In this document: in pieces, positions 51,379 to 60,137 of the stretch | How positions within the stretch are numbered: position 1 is the first letter of the stretch | Layout: each line of letters starts with the position of its first letter | Assembly (NCBI GenBank): GCA_017883235.1 | Contig: JADGNY010000004.1 | Coordinates: forward strand, 14,161-78,160 | Origin: Thermoanaerobaculia bacterium | GTDB lineage: Bacteria; Acidobacteriota; Thermoanaerobaculia; Gp7-AA8 | DNA length: 64,000 nt | Direction of reading: 5' to 3' | Translations under genes and position numbers: made by a program | Notes under the pieces: model-generated | Databases searched by the model: none | What the model saw: the letters and a program-made list of their open reading frames with translations, nothing else | Told to the model about the DNA's origin: nothing

Positions 51379-52092
51379 ATGCAAATGCACCAACAACCAC
51401 TCGTCCGGCTGACCGATGTGGCCCGAACTTACCGCCTGGGACGCGTCCACGTCCGCGCACTCACCGGCGTCTCGCTGGAGGTGAGCCGCGGTGACTTTCT
51501 GGCACTTGCCGGCCCTTCCGGCAGCGGCAAAACGACACTGCTCAACCTCATCGGCTGCATCGACAAGCCCGACAGCGGACGCATCGTCATCGACGGGGTC
51601 GACGTCACGCCCGTGCCGCTGCACCGCCTGGCCGCCACCCGCCTCGACACGCTCGGATTCATCTTCCAGACCTTCAACCTCATTCCGGTCCTGACGGCGT
51701 ATGAGAACGTCGAGTACCCGCTCCTGCTGCAGCACGTGCCGGCGGCGAAGCGGCGCGATCGCGTCCGCTACTGGCTCGAGCAGGTCGGTCTGAGCGATCA
51801 GGCCCGCCAGCGGCCCGACCAGCTCTCCGGCGGTCAGCGGCAGCGCGTGGCCATCGCCAGAGCGATGGCCGGCGAGCCGAAACTCGTCCTCGCCGACGAG
51901 CCGACCGCGAACCTCGACTCCGTCACCGCCGGAAGAATCCTCGATCTCGTCGAAGAGCTCAACGACAGAACGCACTGCACTTTCATCTTCGCAACACACG
52001 ACCCCGCCCTCATGGCCCGCGCGCGCCGCTGCGTGCGCATGCACGACGGCGACATCGTCACCGAACCGCGGCTCGAAGCCCGCGCCTCCTGA
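51379..52092 (+). CDS. ABC transporter ATP-binding protein (LolD/MacB-type).
   Basis: Walker A GPSGSGKTT, signature LSGGQRQRVAIARA, Walker B LVLADEPT. Confidence 0.9.
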   Translation: MQMHQQPLVRLTDVARTYRLGRVHVRALTGVSLEVSRGDFLALAGPSGSGKTTLLNLIGCIDKPDSGRIVIDGVDVTPVPLHRLAATRLDTLGFIFQTFNLIPVLTAYENVEYPLLLQHVPAAKRRDRVRYWLEQVGLSDQARQRPDQLSGGQRQRVAIARAMAGEPKLVLADEPTANLDSVTAGRILDLVEELNDRTHCTFIFATHDPALMARARRCVRMHDGDIVTEPRLEARAS

Positions 52093-52105
52093 AGGAACGA
52101 ATCCG

Positions 52106-53320
52106 ATGCTGACCAAACTCGCGCTTCGCAACGTCTTCCGCAACCGCCGCCGCTCGGCCATTACGCTTCTCGTTATCGTCTTCGGTGCCGTTGGCCTGAT
52201 CCTCTTCGGCGGCTACAAGGCCATCACTTTCCGCGGCCTTCGCGAGAGCACCATCCGCGACCGCCTGGGACATCTGCAGATCTACAAGCGCGGCTTCGAG
52301 AGCGCGGAGGCAAAGAAGCCTCTGGAGTACGGTCTCGACGACGTTGCACAGCTACGGCGTGCCATCGAAAGCGATCGGCGCGTCCGTATGACCACCGCCC
52401 AGATCACGCTCATGGGCCTCATCAGCAACGGCGACAAGTCGGAGACCTTCATGGCCACGGCTGTCGAACCGAAGGAGGACCGGGCCATGAACGCCCAACG
52501 CCTCGTCGCCGGCACAAATCTCCCCGATGCGGAACCGGACGCCGTCATCGTAGGGAAGGGCCTCGCCGCCTCGATGCACGCCAAGCCGGGCGACTACCTG
52601 ACGCTGATGTCGACCACGACCTCCGGTTCCCTCAACGCCATCGATGTGCGCGTCGCCGGCATCTTCACCAGCGGCGTCAAGGAGTACGACGATCGCGCCA
52701 TCAAGATGCCGCTGACCGGCGCGCAGCAGCTCCTGCAAACCGCGAAGGTCGAGCGTCTGCTCGTCCTGCTCAATGAAACCGACGATACCGACGCCGTTCG
52801 AGCGGATCTGGATCGCCTATTCGCGCGGAAGCACTGGTCGCTCGAGATGAAGGACTGGTCGCAGCTCGCGACCTTCTATCACCAGGTCGTCTTGCTCTAC
52901 AACGGCATCTTCGGCTTCATCGGGATGGTCGTCTTCGGCATCGTCATCTTCAGCGTCGCCAACACGATCGTGATGTCGATCTTCGAGCGGACCCGCGAGA
53001 TCGGCACGATGATGGCCATCGGAACGACCCGATCGAAAGTCTGGCGGCTCTTCCTGCTCGAAGGGCTGTTCATCGGCATCATCGGCGGCGTGGCAGGATT
53101 GCTGGCCGGCGCCGGCGCGTCGGGCATCATCAACAACGCCCACTTCATGCTTCCACCGCCGCCCGGCTACACGCAGGGCTACCCGCTGCGCGTCCTGATG
53201 CAGCCGGGCATTCTCATCACCGCCTTCCTCATCGCCGTCATCACCTCGACGTTCTCATCGATCCTCCCAGCGCTGAAGGCGTCGCGGCTGAAGATCGTGG
53301 ATGCGTTGGGGCATATCTGA
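52106..53320 (+). CDS. ABC transporter permease, FtsX/LolC/LolE-type (MacB-like periplasmic domain).
   Basis: N-terminal TM, large periplasmic domain, and C-terminal FtsX 3-TM bundle (FERTREIGTMMAIGT). Confidence 0.88.
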   Translation: MLTKLALRNVFRNRRRSAITLLVIVFGAVGLILFGGYKAITFRGLRESTIRDRLGHLQIYKRGFESAEAKKPLEYGLDDVAQLRRAIESDRRVRMTTAQITLMGLISNGDKSETFMATAVEPKEDRAMNAQRLVAGTNLPDAEPDAVIVGKGLAASMHAKPGDYLTLMSTTTSGSLNAIDVRVAGIFTSGVKEYDDRAIKMPLTGAQQLLQTAKVERLLVLLNETDDTDAVRADLDRLFARKHWSLEMKDWSQLATFYHQVVLLYNGIFGFIGMVVFGIVIFSVANTIVMSIFERTREIGTMMAIGTTRSKVWRLFLLEGLFIGIIGGVAGLLAGAGASGIINNAHFMLPPPPGYTQGYPLRVLMQPGILITAFLIAVITSTFSSILPALKASRLKIVDALGHI

Positions 53321-53324
53321 TCCG

Positions 53325-53395
53325 GGGGGTCGGGGGTCGGGGGTCGGAGAACGAACGTCGTGTTCTCCGACTCCCGACACCCGACACCCGAGGAG
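53325..53395. terminator. Imperfect GC-rich palindrome with tandem GGGGGTCG units.
   Basis: GGGGGGTCGGGGGTCGGGGGTCGGAGAACGAACGTCGTGTTCTCCGACTCCCGACACCCGACACCC, lying between the permease and LolA-like genes. Confidence 0.45.
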
Positions 53396-53401
53396 CCATC
53401 A

Positions 53402-54130
53402 ATGAAATCGATCATCGCCATCGCAGTTTTCTGCGCAATGCTGCCAGGTACCGGTCGGACTGGAGAGTCTGACCCACGTGCGGCCTCGATGCTTGCCCGC
53501 GCCGACGTCTTTCGCAATCCGATCGAGAGTTTTTCGGTCGACGTGGAGCTCACTTCGTTCGCGCCGGGCGGCAGGACAGACATCTCGCGCTTCCGCGTGT
53601 TTGGAAAAGGGAGTGATCGCAGCATCGTCGAGTTCACCTTCCCGCAGACGGAGAAGGGGAAATACCTGCTGATGCTGCGCGACGCCATGTGGATCTACAT
53701 GCCGACCGCCAGCCGGCCGATCCGCATCTCGCCGCTGCAGCGGCTCATGGGCCAGGCATCGAACGGCGATGTGGCGCGGACGAACTTCTCGATCGACTAC
53801 GACGCGAAGTCGGTCGCCGAGGATGGCGACGCGTTCGTCGTCGACCTCCTGGCGAAAGACCCTGCCGTCGCCTACAACCGCGTCCGGCTCTGGATCGACA
53901 AACAGTCGTACGAGCCACGGCGCGCCGATTTCTACGTCGTCTCCGGAAAACTGATCAAGCGCGCCACCTACCGCCAGTACGGCACGATGGCAGGCCGCCG
54001 TGTCGTCACCGAGGTGGTGATCGATGACCTGCTGAGACCCGGCAATCAGACCGTGATGCGCTACGCCAACCTCACTCCGAAAGAGAACGCCGAGAAGATG
54101 TTCACGAAAGACGCGTTGGGCAAATGGTGA
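53402..54130 (+). CDS. LolA-like outer-membrane lipoprotein-sorting/carrier-fold protein.
   Basis: Signal peptide, then a beta-rich domain of about 220 aa resembling the LolA/LolB-like outer-membrane lipoprotein-sorting family (..MWIYMPTASRPIRIS.. / VRLWIDKQSYEPRRADFY). Confidence 0.65.
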   Translation: MKSIIAIAVFCAMLPGTGRTGESDPRAASMLARADVFRNPIESFSVDVELTSFAPGGRTDISRFRVFGKGSDRSIVEFTFPQTEKGKYLLMLRDAMWIYMPTASRPIRISPLQRLMGQASNGDVARTNFSIDYDAKSVAEDGDAFVVDLLAKDPAVAYNRVRLWIDKQSYEPRRADFYVVSGKLIKRATYRQYGTMAGRRVVTEVVIDDLLRPGNQTVMRYANLTPKENAEKMFTKDALGKW

Positions 54131-55197
54131 AGACGGTCCTTGTCGCGATGGCGTTGTTCGCAACGACTGTCTATGCCGAGACCTTCAAGTTCTTCGGCTC
54201 CGCCGGTGCCGAGTGGCAATTCACCCCAGCAAACTCGGCCTCGGCATTGAATCCCGGCAACGTCGCGCGGCTGCCCTACCGCACCGGCTCCGGCGACGCC
54301 GTCACATTCCTTGACGCCGCACCGGAAAGCCATGCCTGGAAACTCCACCTCAAGCTGCGCGGTGATGCCGCCGAGGGAGGCAGTCAGAAGGCGGAGATCG
54401 GCGAAGCGTCCCTGCAGCTCAATCCGCGGCCATGGCTCGACATCACGATCGGGCGGATCATCGAAAAGTGGGGCACCGGCTACGCCTGGAATCCGACGGC
54501 GTTCGTCAGTCCGAAAAAGAACCCGGCCGATCCCTCCGACCGCCTCTCCGCCAATCGCGGCATAGGCATGATTCGTACCGACCTCTTCGTCCGGGGCACG
54601 AACGTTTCGCTCTACGCGCTCGATCACGGCGCGATTGCCGCGCGCGTCTACCGGCTCGTCGGCGGGACCGATGTTTCGCTTCACTTCCTGCGCGACGGCA
54701 GCGGCACCCGGCAGGGCATCAGTGCCGCGCGCGTCTTCGGCGATGCATTGGAGCTGCACGGCGAGGTGGCGCGCCGCCATGCGCTCGCCGGAGGTCAGTA
54801 CACGTTCAAGAGCAACGTCAACGTGGTCGTCGAGCTCTATCGAGGCGGCGATGGTCTCGATGCCAGCGCATTTCGCGCCTTCCGCACCGCAGCCGATTCT
54901 GCTCACGACGAAGCGGCCATCCGCGCCGCGAATACCGCGTACGCGCCGCTGCACATGGCCCGCAACTACGCCTTCTTCCGCCTCGACTGGCCGCACGACA
55001 AGCTCGATGTAGAGTTGATCGCCATCACGAATCTCCGCGACGGATCGCTGCTCGCGCGTGCCACGCTCACCCGGCGGTTGCTGGCGAATGTGAGCCTCTA
55101 CCTAATCGACACGGAGTTCGCCGGCGCGCGTGCCAGTGAGCTCTCGTACATGCAGGTGCGGCGCGTCACCACCGCCGGCGCGCGCTACTACTTCTAG
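54124..55197 (+). CDS. Putative outer-membrane beta-barrel protein.
   Basis: Signal peptide, alternating amphipathic beta strands and C-terminal ARYYF (terminal Phe). Confidence 0.5.
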   Translation: MVKTVLVAMALFATTVYAETFKFFGSAGAEWQFTPANSASALNPGNVARLPYRTGSGDAVTFLDAAPESHAWKLHLKLRGDAAEGGSQKAEIGEASLQLNPRPWLDITIGRIIEKWGTGYAWNPTAFVSPKKNPADPSDRLSANRGIGMIRTDLFVRGTNVSLYALDHGAIAARVYRLVGGTDVSLHFLRDGSGTRQGISAARVFGDALELHGEVARRHALAGGQYTFKSNVNVVVELYRGGDGLDASAFRAFRTAADSAHDEAAIRAANTAYAPLHMARNYAFFRLDWPHDKLDVELIAITNLRDGSLLARATLTRRLLANVSLYLIDTEFAGARASELSYMQVRRVTTAGARYYF

Positions 55198-55203
55198 AAT
55201 GAC

Positions 55204-56331
55204 ATGTACGTGAACGAACGAAAGATGAAGCTGGTCGGGGTTCTGACATGGATCCTCGTCGGGATTCCGAGCGTGTTATGGGAGGCGGAGTTCCGCTCCC
55301 TCTACACGGCACGCGCGGCGATGCTCTTCGGCGCCTTCATCGTGTTCATTGTCGCCTTCCTCATCGGCACACGGCCCGGCTGCACCGCGGGCACGCGGAT
55401 TCCGACGCTCATCGTCGAGACGCTGGCGGCCTACGCCTGCGTGAACCTGCAGCCAACCGGCTTTCAACCGGTTCTGCTGGTCATCATCGCCGCGCAACTC
55501 GGCAGGTATCCGCCTCGCTATGCCGTCGGCGGCATCGCCATCAACTCGATCGTCCTCGGCTTGATCATGGGCAGGAACGGCGACTCGGCGGTGATCTATG
55601 CGATGGTCTACTTCGCGTTCTCACTCTTCGCGCTCTTCTCGATGCACGTCGCCCATTCCGAGATGGAAGCGCGCAAGTCGCTGGCCGAGGCCAATGCCGA
55701 GTTGCGCATGACCACCGAGCTTCTCGAGATCAGCAGCCGCACCTCGGAGCGGCTTCGCATCGCCCGCGATCTGCACGATCTGCTCGGCCACCACCTGACT
55801 GCGCTCAGCCTGAACCTGGAAGTGGCCAGCCACGTGGCCACCGGCGAGGCGAAGGAGCACATCGAGAAGAGCAAGGCGATCGCGAAGCATCTCCTCGCCG
55901 ACGTTCGCGATGTCGTCAGCCGCCTTCGCACTGACGAGCCGGTCGATTTGACAACGTCTCTGGAGTCGCTGCGCGACGTGATCGTGGCGCCCTCACTCCA
56001 TCTCGACTTCCCGCACGAGCTGGCCGTGGCCGATGCGAATATCGCCCAGGTCGCGCTGCGAACGGTGCAGGAGATCGTGACGAACGCGGTGCGCCACTCC
56101 GGTGCCCGCAATCTCTGGCTGAACCTGAGTCTGAACAAGGCCACAGCCGGCCGCACACTCTCGATCGATGCCCGCGACGACGGCGTCGGCTCCGACAACG
56201 TCCGCTTCGGCAACGGCCTGCTCGGCCTTCGCGAGCGTGTGCAGCAGGCGCAGGGCACGTTTGAAGTGACGTCGACCCGCGGCCGCGGGTTCTCCGTCCA
56301 CGTGACGCTCCCCCTCGGAGCGTTGGCGTGA
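55204..56331 (+). CDS. Sensor histidine kinase (HisKA_3/NarL-partner type) with an N-terminal 5-TM domain.
   Basis: ERLRIARDLHDLLGHHLTALSLNLE (HisKA_3 H-box) and the HATPase_c motifs DDGVG and GNGLLGLRERV. Confidence 0.85.
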   Translation: MYVNERKMKLVGVLTWILVGIPSVLWEAEFRSLYTARAAMLFGAFIVFIVAFLIGTRPGCTAGTRIPTLIVETLAAYACVNLQPTGFQPVLLVIIAAQLGRYPPRYAVGGIAINSIVLGLIMGRNGDSAVIYAMVYFAFSLFALFSMHVAHSEMEARKSLAEANAELRMTTELLEISSRTSERLRIARDLHDLLGHHLTALSLNLEVASHVATGEAKEHIEKSKAIAKHLLADVRDVVSRLRTDEPVDLTTSLESLRDVIVAPSLHLDFPHELAVADANIAQVALRTVQEIVTNAVRHSGARNLWLNLSLNKATAGRTLSIDARDDGVGSDNVRFGNGLLGLRERVQQAQGTFEVTSTRGRGFSVHVTLPLGALA

Positions 56332-56969
56332 TCCGCGTCTGCATCGTCGAAGATCAGACCATCGTCCGACAGGGCCTGCGAAGCCTCCTTGCTCTCGTAC
56401 CGGACATCGAGGTCGCCGCCGAGGCCAGCGACGGCGAGGAAGCGGTCGAGGTCATCGAGCGCGAGAAGCCGGACGTTGTCCTGCTCGATCTGCGCATGCC
56501 GAAGCTCGACGGCGTCGGCGTCCTGCGCACCCTTCGCGAACGTAACGCCGCACGCCCGACACTGATCCTGACGACGTTCGACGATGATGCCATCCTGTTC
56601 GAAGCAGTCCGCGCCGGCGCGAAGGGCTGGCTGCTGAAGGACGTCTCCCTGGAACGCCTGGCCGGCGCTATCCGGACGCTGGCCGAGGGGGGAACATGTA
56701 TCGAACCGGTCATCACGGAGCGGATCATGCGCGCGCTCGAAAAGAGCGACTCCTCGTTCGAGTCCGCCGACCTCCCCGAGCCGCTCACCGACCGCGAGCG
56801 AACGATTCTCCGCCTTCTCGCCGGCGGCTACAGCAACAAGGAGATCGGAGAGCTGCTGAGCATCACCGACGGTACGGTGAAGAACCACATCTCGAACCTG
56901 CTGGCCAAGCTCGGCGTGCGTGACCGCACGCGGGCAGTGCTACGGGCGATCGACCTCGGCGTGATCTGA
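56328..56969 (+). CDS. Response regulator, NarL/FixJ family (REC plus LuxR HTH).
   Basis: DVVLLDLRMPKLDG receiver domain and LTDRERTILRLLAGGYSNKEIGELLSITDGTVKNHISNLLAKLGV HTH. ATGA-type coupling with the kinase. Confidence 0.92.
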   Translation: MIRVCIVEDQTIVRQGLRSLLALVPDIEVAAEASDGEEAVEVIEREKPDVVLLDLRMPKLDGVGVLRTLRERNAARPTLILTTFDDDAILFEAVRAGAKGWLLKDVSLERLAGAIRTLAEGGTCIEPVITERIMRALEKSDSSFESADLPEPLTDRERTILRLLAGGYSNKEIGELLSITDGTVKNHISNLLAKLGVRDRTRAVLRAIDLGVI

Positions 56970-56978
56970 GCCCTCCCA

Positions 56979-57056
56979 GGAGTCTGCGCGGCAGAACGGT
57001 CGAGCGGAGATGGTGGCCGAGCCTTGGGCAACCAGCGCCGCCGGCCGTGCCGGCCT
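56979..57056. repeat. REP-like repeat, copy 4 (full length).
   Basis: GGAGTCTGCGCGGCAGAACGGTCGAGCGGAGATGGTGGCCGAGCCTTGGGCAACCAGCGCCGCCGGCCGTGCCGGCCT, between convergent genes. Confidence 0.8.
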
Positions 57057-57642
57057 ACTCCTTCAGTTCGACGTTCCAGTACGCCTCATCGAGGAAGTTC
57101 TTCCAGATGTCCGGGAAGTTCCGGCCCTGGAGGCGATGGAGCGGGTGCCACTTCGGGCGCACAGGCTGACGCTTGAGCTGCAGGCCGGTCTCGGTCAGGA
57201 GCTTGTTCCCCTTCTTAACATTGCAGGGGAGGCAGGCGCAGACGACGTTCTCCCACGTCGACTTCCCGCCGCGCGAGATGGGGACGACATGGTCGAGCGA
57301 CAGCTCGGACGACGAAAACTTCCTGCCGCAGTACTGGCAGCGGTTCCCGTCGCGCAGATAGATGTTGCCGCGCGAGAACTTGACCTCCTGCCGCGGCAGC
57401 CGGTCGAACACCAGTAGCTGAACGACGTGCGGAATCAGGATGTTACGGCTGGGCGTGCGGACGAAATGCTCGTCATCGCCTGGCACGGGGATATCAGCCC
57501 AGTTCTCGAAGTCATAGGTCCGGTACTCGGAGTCGACGGCCTTGACCTGCCCTTTGTACAACAGGGTCAGCGCACGCCGGGCAGAGGTTATCTGCACAGC
57601 CTGGAAGACCCTGTTGAGGACGAGCACGTGACCGTCGAGCAT
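57055..57642 (-). CDS. HNH endonuclease.
   Basis: RCQYCGRKFSSSELSLDHVVPISRGGKSTWENVVCACLPCNVKKGN is the HNH motif. Confidence 0.85.
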   Translation of the reverse strand: MLDGHVLVLNRVFQAVQITSARRALTLLYKGQVKAVDSEYRTYDFENWADIPVPGDDEHFVRTPSRNILIPHVVQLLVFDRLPRQEVKFSRGNIYLRDGNRCQYCGRKFSSSELSLDHVVPISRGGKSTWENVVCACLPCNVKKGNKLLTETGLQLKRQPVRPKWHPLHRLQGRNFPDIWKNFLDEAYWNVELKE

Positions 57643-57760
57643 AGTTCCCCACTCGTAACGCCGCGTACAGCCGTGGTTGTTTCCATCTCCTGACCGTCAG
57701 GAGATGGTTCGGAGACATGATACACGCGCCGGCATGAGGGTCCTGTACTTCCATCTCCAG

Positions 57761-57805
57761 TGGTGGCCGAGCCTTGGGCAACCAATGCTGCCGGCCGTGC
57801 CGGCT
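57761..57805. repeat. REP-like repeat, core copy 5 (slightly diverged).
   Basis: GGTGGCCGAGCCTTGGGCAACCAATGCTGCCGGCCGTGCCGGC. Confidence 0.7.
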
Positions 57806-57905
57806 TGAAAAAAGTGCCCATTTGATAGATAGTTAGCGCCTGAGTCGCTTCTGAATCCAGCTCTGCGGAGCGCATTCCGGGTGTGGTTGTTTGTGGGAGG
57901 CATGC

Positions 57906-59414
57906 ATGCGCGTTTTGTCACGGCTCGCTTTCGTAGTCCTTGCTGTCGCCGTCCTTTCCGCTCCGGCGGCGCTCGCCGACCAGTACCAGGCAACCTGTCC
58001 CCTTACGCTGGTAGCGACCAATGCGCCACCGACCGCGTTCTACCAGTCGCCGCACGGCGTCTTCCGATTCGGAGCGCAAGTCTTCGCACTTCGCGGCCAG
58101 ACGCTGACGACCTACACGGTTACCGATCTCGGCGACATGCAGGTCGCCCGGGAGGACTTCATCGGGGCTCTGGCCGCCCGTGAGACCAAGGGGGGCGTCG
58201 CCTTCGGAAGCGGCTTCCTCTACCTCAGCAGCGAAGCCGGACTGGAGATCTTCGACCTCCGGAATGTCCGCGCCGGCGGCACCGCGCCGATCCTCGTTTC
58301 GCGGACGCCGGGCCTGCGCTACCACCGCCTGGCCGTCAGCGGCACCACACTGGCCGCGGTCTATCCCGCCACCGACCTGCCGTGCTCCGCGAATGGGGCC
58401 ATCGGACCGATCCAGACCTGCTTCAACACCATCGACATCTACAGCGTCGTTAACCCGGCGGCGCCGGTCCGCGTCAGTTCCATCTCGACGTACCTTAGCC
58501 CGCTCGGTGGATTCAATGACGTCGCCTTCAACTTCGGCTTCCTCATCGGCACCGCGAACGGCGGCACAGTCGCTTGGGACGTCACCAATCCCGCCGGTCC
58601 GGTTTTCGCCGGCGGCAGCGCGACGTCGGGCAAATTCCTGATCAGCAACGGCTCGAACCTGCTCGCCATCGGCAATGACAGTGCGATCCTCACGTTCATC
58701 ATCAATGCCAGTCCGGGTGCCCCGGCCTTCTTCAACCCCTTCACCTTCCACACCACGGCAAACCTGCAGGTGGAGCGGTCGAACCCGATCATCTTCCATC
58801 CCCAGGGAACATTCGATGAGGCGAACGGACGCCTCATCACGTTGATCGACGAGCTCGACTACCAGACGCTCCAGCCGGCGCGCACGATCGCCTTCGACGT
58901 CTTCGACTACGCCACGGCCATGCTGCAAGGGCGCGATCCCCGGCAGTACGAACAGGTCTCCTACACGCAGGGCGACGAAGTGAAATGGAACCCGCTCGCG
59001 GTGGGCTCGCTCGTTTACGTCGTCGGTGAGATCACCGGAACGCAGACCTACGGCGCCTGCGGATTGATGACCGGCCGGATCGAGTTCGACTCGATCGCCG
59101 GCACGGTCTGCGGCGGCGCCGAGATTCATGGATGGGTCACGGGAACGTTGAAGATCACGAACGTCGAGCTATTCCTCGACGGTGGATCGCTCGGCTCCGC
59201 CTCGCTCTCCGGACCGCCGCGCATCGACATTCCGTCGACTACGCCGGTCTCGACGTGGCGCGTATTCGCGAACCTCGACGCCATCACCAAAGGGGTGCAC
59301 GTGCTTCGCGCGGTCGGGACCGACGCGGCCGGCAACCGGCGTCAGTTTTCGAGCCAGACCATCCTGTTTCCGGGTCCGGGGTCGAACTGCGTGGCGCGCC
59401 GACGCGCGGTTTGA
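57906..59414 (+). CDS. Secreted hypothetical protein (beta-rich).
   Basis: Signal peptide MRVLSRLAFVVLAVAVLSAPAALA. About 500 aa with no recognised catalytic motif. Confidence 0.55.
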   Translation: MRVLSRLAFVVLAVAVLSAPAALADQYQATCPLTLVATNAPPTAFYQSPHGVFRFGAQVFALRGQTLTTYTVTDLGDMQVAREDFIGALAARETKGGVAFGSGFLYLSSEAGLEIFDLRNVRAGGTAPILVSRTPGLRYHRLAVSGTTLAAVYPATDLPCSANGAIGPIQTCFNTIDIYSVVNPAAPVRVSSISTYLSPLGGFNDVAFNFGFLIGTANGGTVAWDVTNPAGPVFAGGSATSGKFLISNGSNLLAIGNDSAILTFIINASPGAPAFFNPFTFHTTANLQVERSNPIIFHPQGTFDEANGRLITLIDELDYQTLQPARTIAFDVFDYATAMLQGRDPRQYEQVSYTQGDEVKWNPLAVGSLVYVVGEITGTQTYGACGLMTGRIEFDSIAGTVCGGAEIHGWVTGTLKITNVELFLDGGSLGSASLSGPPRIDIPSTTPVSTWRVFANLDAITKGVHVLRAVGTDAAGNRRQFSSQTILFPGPGSNCVARRRAV

Positions 59415-60125
59415 TCACCGCAACGTATCGACGAGCGCGAGTGCCGCGGACCGCGGATCGCTCGCGCCCGTGATCGGCCGTCCGACGACGATGTAGTCCG
59501 CGCCCGCCGCAAGCGCCGCGGCGGGCGTCATCGTTCTGCGCTGGTCTCCCGCCTCGCTCCCTTCGGGACGAATCCCGGGAACGACGATGCACATCTCACT
59601 GCCACAAGCCTCCCGGATGGCTGCAACTTCATGCGACGAAGCAACGACGCCGCGCAGCCCCGCATCCTGCGCCAGCCTGGCCAGCCGCACGCCGGTTTCG
59701 CGCAGCGTTCCTGCGAAACCGATTCTCTGCAGCTCCGAGTCGTTCAGACTCGTCAGGACCGTAACGCCGAGGACGAGTGTTGAATCGCCAGTCGAATCGC
59801 CAGTCGAAACGACTGCGCAGGCGCGGAGCATCGTTGGACCGCCCGACGCGTGTACCGTCACCATCGCCGCACCCAGCGATGCCGCCTCGGCCACCGCGTG
59901 TCTGGCGGTGTTCGGGATGTCGTGGACCTTGAGGTCGAGAAAAACCTTCGCTCCGCGCGCGATTACCTCGCGCACGATCGACGGCCCGTTGGCGACGAAT
60001 GCCTGCAATCCAAGCTTGAAGACGCCGGCTACTCCGTGCAACGCATCGGCGAGACGGAGGATGTCGTCGCGCGAGGAGCGGTCGATGGCAACAATCAATC
60101 GGTCAGTTGCTTGCATAGTCGGCAT
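59415..60125 (-). CDS. pyrF: Orotidine 5'-phosphate decarboxylase.
   Basis: LIVAIDRSSRDD, KLGLQAF, FLDLKVHDIPNT and the C-terminal VVGRPI are PyrF motifs. It contains an in-frame STGDSTGDST micro-duplication. Confidence 0.88.
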   Translation of the reverse strand: MPTMQATDRLIVAIDRSSRDDILRLADALHGVAGVFKLGLQAFVANGPSIVREVIARGAKVFLDLKVHDIPNTARHAVAEAASLGAAMVTVHASGGPTMLRACAVVSTGDSTGDSTLVLGVTVLTSLNDSELQRIGFAGTLRETGVRLARLAQDAGLRGVVASSHEVAAIREACGSEMCIVVPGIRPEGSEAGDQRRTMTPAAALAAGADYIVVGRPITGASDPRSAALALVDTLR

Positions 60126-60137
60126 GATAGCGACCGC

